Positions 58,271 to 64,000 of a stretch of 64,000 bases of DNA are shown here, in pieces. The position numbers and the translations under genes are program-made. The notes under the pieces were generated by a model that had not been told where the DNA came from, did not search any database, and was given only the letters and a program-made list of their open reading frames with translations. The stretch is from NCBI GenBank assembly GCA_951406725.2, contig OX597833.1, positions 19,158,001 to 19,222,000 on the forward strand, read 5' to 3'. The number at the start of each line of letters is the position of its first letter. Within the stretch, counting starts at the first letter, position 1. The DNA is from Octopus vulgaris (taxonomy: Eukaryota).

Positions 58271-60016
58271 TTTGTCTCTTTTTATAGTATTATTGAGTGT
58301 GTAGGGGTGGAGAGAGGTATAGGATAGTAAAAGTCAGTGAGGAATGGGGAGAAAGTGAGAGAGAGTGTGTGTGTGTGTGTATACCACTGGTATAGCAAAC
58401 CTCATATTTTTCGATGTCCCTGTAGTCCATTGTCGCAAATGTTTTGTACATTGTTTGCAGACACTATGTGGTGCTCCCCCAGCTTGATCCCAAAATATGC
58501 CATATACGCTCTTTCAACAAAATCAGTGATGTTTTCTTTTTTCAAATTTCAGGTAATGTGTATTCTCCACAAACAACAAAATACATTTGTAGAATTAACG
58601 CAACACCTTTCTCAAAAAGGATATCTTGCTCCTTTTCTACTGCTCAGTTCACCACATCTAAAAAGTATGGAAGTTTTTTTAAAAATTAGAATTAGAACAA
58701 GGTAACGAACGTACACACATACATAGTGACTATAGTAGTGTTCAATAACTTAAAAACTAGACTTGATAGGTCACAAAGAAGGTTATATTTGGAATCAAGA
58801 GACCGATTTTGTACAGGAATTATGTCTATTTCCTAAACAACATATATATATATAATATGAATTGGAGATAAAACCACTATGATGCAACTCAAACAGTGAT
58901 AGACATAAACCAATACATTGCATCTGTAACCAAAAAAAGTTGAAATTTGTCGCCTATTGATATCAAACAATTTTGTATCACTTATTCACTCGTGAAGCAA
59001 ATTATGATGATAATCTGTAGTGTAGAAGATAGTGCCCATCTTTTAGTGACTTCATGCATATTTTCATGCACAAAAATGGTTGTATTGTTGATTTGTTTCT
59101 TTTTTTTATCTATTTATTTATACGTTTTCAAAAAAAAACTTTCGGGATGAATTTCAGTTTATAACATCAATGGTCTCATACTACAAAATTCTGCGTTACG
59201 GCAAGATTTTCAAAAGTGCGGTATGCTGTAACACGGGGAATTTCTACATATGAGAAGTGATAAAAATAAGATGAAATGTCTGATACAATTGTAAAATTTT
59301 TTTTATTCCACTTAACAGAAAAATACATTGAATATTTCAAAATTCAAAAAATCGAATTTTTATCCCATAAAAGTGTTTTCTACATTAATTTAGTGTCTGA
59401 AGTGAATTGGTATAATACCATATTGAGGGTATTCGGGGCAAATCAGTTAAGTGCTAAATAATGTATGCTTGAATTGACTCGCTAAGCTACAATACAGTGT
59501 ATGTTTGGGAGGAATAGACAGGGTACCATAGAATGTGCTTTTGTGGGACAAATCGATAAGGCACCACACAGTGCAAGCTTGGGGCAAATCAATTGAAACC
59601 TGTGCATAGAACCAGGAGACCAGCAATTATTAACACTGTTTTCCTTCCTTTCAACACATTCGACTTCACAGTCTGAGTTGCTCAACACAAGTGGCTAACA
59701 AAAGTAGCCATCATCGCATTGAGAAAGAGTGTGAGCTGGTCTTTCAAATTGGCCTCGTTAAAAGAAAAATAATTTCCGTCAACAACAGCAGATGTAGCAC
59801 AGCTGTACACCTGGAGCAGTTAGCATGTGACATTAATTTGCACATCTGTGAAAATTTGTGTACGTGGAGAAGCTTAAGCAACATAGCATTCTGTGATAAA
59901 ATAGTGTGAAACAACCACCGTAAAATAATAACAAAAGAAAAGATCATTGAAATTATATTTTCAATGAAAATTTGAAGACAGAAAATAAAAAAATGAGTAT
60001 TTTGTTAGGGTTTCTT

Positions 60017-63000
60017 TTATGAAATTAGATAACCATATGCCCATTTAAACAATGGGAATAGATCCATGAGAATGATCAAGCCAAAAGGAATGGTGATGGT
60101 AAGCACTATGGCAGAGCCCATATAGAAAGAAGAAGCTCTTTTGTCTTCTATACTGATTTTTGAACGTATGTACTTGGATGTGATTTTACGTGGAATGGAT
60201 AACTCTGAAGAGATTTGGCGTAACTTCATCCCTAGTTCCTCTTGGGTCAAATTCATCGATGTCTGTGAACAAGGACACCAGCATAAATTCGCTGGAACAG
60301 AAATATGAGAATTAGGCTAACTGTTGGAACATACCATTTACTACATAATAGTGATATTGGTAACAGAAGATAATAGTGATATTGGTAACGAAAAGTTACC
60401 AATACAGCGATTGGTAGCTTTAACCCTTTAGTGTTTAAACCGGCCATATCAGGCCAAAATTACCTTCCTGTTTTATTCTCAAACCAGCCAGCTCTGACCT
60501 CTCACACCTACCCTACAAAGTCATTCTAAAAATAAACAGGGACATCATCAATATCCCAGAGTTACAAGATGCTGTACAATTAATTTAAAATAATGTAATT
60601 AAACAGGCTTTACATTTGACAGATTAATCTGAATATTAAAGGGTTAAAGATAATAGTGATAATGGTAACAGAAAGTTATAAATCCATTAATCTGTAAGTA
60701 CTGTATACACTTTTTCTGCTAATATCAAGTTCAAAATTAGCGGTGCGTATAATATATGGGTGAAGGCGCATACTTAGTGGGTTAAGGGTGTTGCTCTCAC
60801 GATCGCAAGATCGTGGTTTCAAATTCCCGGACCAGGTGATACGTTGTGTTCTTGAGTAAAACATATCATTTCATGTTGCTCTTGTTCACTCAGCTTTAAA
60901 TGAGTAACCCTGGGACGAACTGGCATCCCGTTCACAGGAATATGGCGACCTCGGTCACCTATATGCAATGGAAATCAGGTAACTGACCCTATGAATTTTT
61001 GAACTTGAGACGGTAATGTCCATGGATTGATGATAATAATACTTGATATTGGGGTGCAAAGTTTTATCCTACCTATTTTTATTTAGACAAAACATGAAAT
61101 TTTATTCTTTTTGACTTATTTTGTCATCATATATCCATATACTCTTTACTCTTTTACTCTTTTACTTGTTTCAGCTATTTGACTGCGGCCATGCTGGTGC
61201 ACCGCCTCTAGTCGAGCAAATCGACCCTGGGACTTATAATTTGTAAGCCCAGTACTTATTCTATCGGTCTCTTTTGCCGAACCGCTAAGTGATGGGGATG
61301 TAAACACACCAGCATCGGTTGTCAAGCAATGCTAGGGGGACAAACACAGACACACAAACACATATACACACATACATATATACGACAGGCTTCTTTCAGT
61401 TTCCGTCTACCAAATCCACTCACAAGGCATTGGTTGGCCCAGGGCTATAGCAGAAGACACTGGCCCAAGATGCCACGCAGTGGGACTGAACCCGAAACCA
61501 TGTGGTTGGTTAGCAAGCTACTTACCACACTGGTTTAAAATTTTGGTACGAGGTCAGCAATTTTGGGTGCAAAGAGCTACTCGATTACATCGACCCCAGT
61601 GATCAACTGTTACTTATTTTATCGACTGCGAAAGACTGAAAGATGAAGTCAACCTTGGCGGAATTTGAACTCAGAACCTAAAGACAGACCAAATACCTAT
61701 TTCTTTACTACCCACAAGGGGCTAAACACAAAGAGGACAAACAAGGACAGACAAATGGATTAAGTCGATTATATCGACCCCAGTACGTAACTGGTACTCA
61801 TTTAATCGATCCCGAAAGGATGAAAGGCAAAGTCGACCTCGGCGGAATTTGAACTCAGAACGTAGCGGCAGGTGAAATACCTATTTCTTTACTACCCACA
61901 AAGGGCTAAACACAGAGGGGACAAACAAGGACAGACAAACTGATTAAGTCAATTATATCGACCCTGGTACGTAACTGGTACTCATTTAATCGATCCCGAA
62001 AGGATGAAAGGCAAAGTCGACCTCGGCGGAATTTGAACTCAGAACGTAATGGCAGACAAAATACCACTAAGCATTTTGCCCAGCGTGCTAACGATTCTGC
62101 CAGCTCGCCACCTTTATATAAAATAAAATATTACAATAAGGGTTACAAATTTTGACACAAGGCCAGTAATCTCGGGGAAGAGGGTAAGTCGATTACATCG
62201 ACCCCAGTATTGAACTGGTATTTATTTTATCGACCCAGAAAGGCTGAAAGATAAAGTCGACCCCGGCGGAATTTCAACACAGAGTCCATAAAATACCACT
62301 GTGGACCTTCAATTTACTATTTTGCTTGTTTGGACCCCAAAAAATTTCAATGGGTCCCAGCTGAGAATCACTGGTGTAGAAGTAAAACGGTACGCTAAGC
62401 GTAACTTAATGCGAATTTTATCACGAAAAGTTGATTTTAAGTTGGTAACAAGGTCTTTATAGTTTTCACTTTTGTGTTTCCCAAGGAAATTTTGCCCTAC
62501 TTCTGCAAAGGCTAGCCAAGCTGATGCTTCATTTTCGCTCATTACTTTCCCGAAATTTGTTTCCTTCAAGAGCTTACGGACCCCAAAAAATTTTCAAAAG
62601 CGTGAAATCAAGACTGGAGAAACTCACGGGTTGTTGGGACTATGGTAACTGGATGGCCTTCAGCATTTGATGGTCCTCCTGTTTCTGTAACTGTCGAGGT
62701 AACCACTGGGTCAGCTTCTACTGAAGATGTTCCTTCTTGTGTAATTGCGTTGTGGTAAGACGATGACAGCGTCGACCACGATGACCATAATGATGAGGGG
62801 TATGAGAAAGAGGAGGAGAATGAGTAGGAGGAAGTAGAGGATGGTACAGACAATGGAGAAGAGGTGGAGGTGGAGGAAGATAATGTAGGCGGAGGTGATG
62901 AGGAGACGGAAGAAGAAGAGAAAGAAATGGAAAAGGAGGGGGCTAGTGATGTTATTAGCGACGTTGAAGTTGAAGATTGTGTATTAGTCGACTGCATTAT

Positions 63001-63053
63001 CGTTGATGTTGTTGTCGCTGTTGTTGATGCAACCGTTGGACGACTCTTCAGGG
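60017..63053 (-). CDS. Convergent gene, last two coding exons (63053-62628 and 60291-60017): Ser/Thr-rich mucin-like stalk, CxCPC motif and C-terminal transmembrane helix (molluscan WSC/mucin-like membrane protein type)
   Basis: The exon at 63053-62628 follows a polypyrimidine tract and ends C|gtgagt. The next exon starts ttccag|CG (phase 1 match) and reads PNLCWCPCSQTSMNLTQEEL...SIEDKRASSFYMGSAIVLTITIPFGLIILMDL...*. The family resemblance is from memory. Confidence 0.75.
61560..62290 (-). repeat. Tandem cluster of SINE-B copies and fragments (~185-bp period in 61690-62110)
   Basis: Repeated TATTTCTTTACTACCCACAA...GGAATTTGAACTCAGAA blocks head to tail. Confidence 0.85.
62420..62580 (-). mobile_element. 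Short DNA-transposase fragment (Chapaev-like)
   Basis: RKLLKETNFGKVMSENEASAWLAFAEVGQNFLGKHKSENYKDLV resembles the AW..F..V..NFLGN.K..NY motif of Chapaev3-type transposases (from memory). Confidence 0.45.
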
Positions 63054-63204
63054 CTTCAGAGGAGGGAAAAACAAAACAAATTAAATAACTTTTAACAATG
63101 TCATGTATTAACAGGTGTGCGTATGTGTATGTGGTAGCGTAAGCAAGTGCGTGTGAGTATGTGTGTGTATGTGTGTGTGTGTGTGTGTGTGTTTGCGTGT
63201 AGAG

Positions 63205-63423
63205 CAGTGCTTTTCAACATTTTTGCTGGAGCGGAACCCCAGAGAAACATTCCACTGGCTCGAGGAACCCCTGTGCAATAATTTAATAGTCTTATGCACA
63301 CATATCTGCACAGGAGAATTAAAAATTACTGCCGATTTTAGCAGTTTTGTAACTTCTTGCGGAACCCCTGGACTGTACTGGCGGAACCCTAAGGTTCCGC
63401 GGAACCCTGGTTGAAAACCACTG
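63205..63423. mobile_element. hAT (Buster/Charlie-like) MITE
   Basis: TIRs CAGTGCTTTTCAAC / GTTGAAAACCACTG; perfect 8-bp TSD GTGTAGAG with central TA. Confidence 0.9.
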
Positions 63424-64000
63424 GTGTAGAGTATACGTGTATGCTTCAGTGTGAAAGCATGTCTTAGTGTGAGAAAGTGTTTGTGGGCATGTGTATTTTT
63501 TTTTTTTGACCAAGTAGATTATTATGGGTCAAGCAAAAGTGCGTGGAATAGTGGTTAGGATTTAAGCTTATGCTTGTAATGTAGTAGATCCGATTTCCGG
63601 ACCGTACTGTACAACGAGTCCTTAGCTGTATCAACTCATTTATCAAACGCTTAGGATCTTTTCCTTTTGAAGGCCAGATTTCCTTTTGAAGGCCAGATTT
63701 CAACACAACGTACGGAAAGCGTGTGTAAAAAATTATAGAATTATTTTGATTGTTAATTGTTTAAATCACTTTCCATTGCTTTCGGGTTTTTTTACACACA
63801 TAACAATTAAATCATTTTAACAATTAAGAAAAAAAAATTAGGGTTAGGGTTAGTTACAGGATGTTGTCTTAGTTTTAGACGCAGCAAATGTTGTTTACCT
63901 AAATGGAGGTAATCGATTGGCTAAAATTGCCAAAATGCTCGGATTTTCAGATGAAATATCTTACAACATATAGAATTTTCTCAATAAAGCCAAGAAAAAA

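Noticed and set aside
60762-60840. tRNA-like sequences (also ~37250, 48731 and the SINE-A/B heads)
   Set aside because: They continue into SINE bodies and lack clean cloverleaf structures; these are SINE heads, not tRNA genes.
62864-63088. Acidic + strand ORF (EVEEDNVGGGDEETEEEE)
   Set aside because: Antisense of the Ser/Thr-rich exon, which has proper splice sites on the minus strand.
63837-63854. (TTAGGG)n telomere-like motif
   Set aside because: Only about three units with ordinary sequence on both sides; not a chromosome end.

Overview
Eukaryotic, AT-rich, repeat-dense genomic DNA; the SINE/RTE repertoire suggests an octopus or related cephalopod (inference). A + strand gene spans 1206-52551 as 14 phase-compatible exons, about 2370 aa. 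It encodes a very long coiled coil with a CENP-E-like tail and a terminal CaaX box (CKSQ*), and is most likely the stalk and tail of CENP-E (kinesin-7), with the motor domain upstream of the window. One 5.7-kb exon carries a coding tandem array of 105/93-bp units and several indels that look like assembly errors. A convergent - strand gene (last two exons 63053-62628 and 60291-60017) encodes a Ser/Thr-rich single-pass membrane protein. Non-coding regions hold a full-length but decayed Ty3/gypsy element (537-bp LTRs, CATG TSD, tRNA-Trp PBS) interrupted by an RTE LINE, five solo LTRs, a degenerate Tx1/L1-clade LINE and BovB-like, R4-like and Tc1/mariner fragments. They also hold piggyBac/hAT/Merlin-like MITEs, Helitron/Helentron-like elements and many SINEs. 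The most notable signals are a Penelope-like insertion carrying a minimal hammerhead ribozyme with a U3-A8 core variant, a SINE tail shared with the Tx1/L1 LINE 3' end, and the repeat-expanded CENP-E stalk. All calls were made by eye; no database searches were run.
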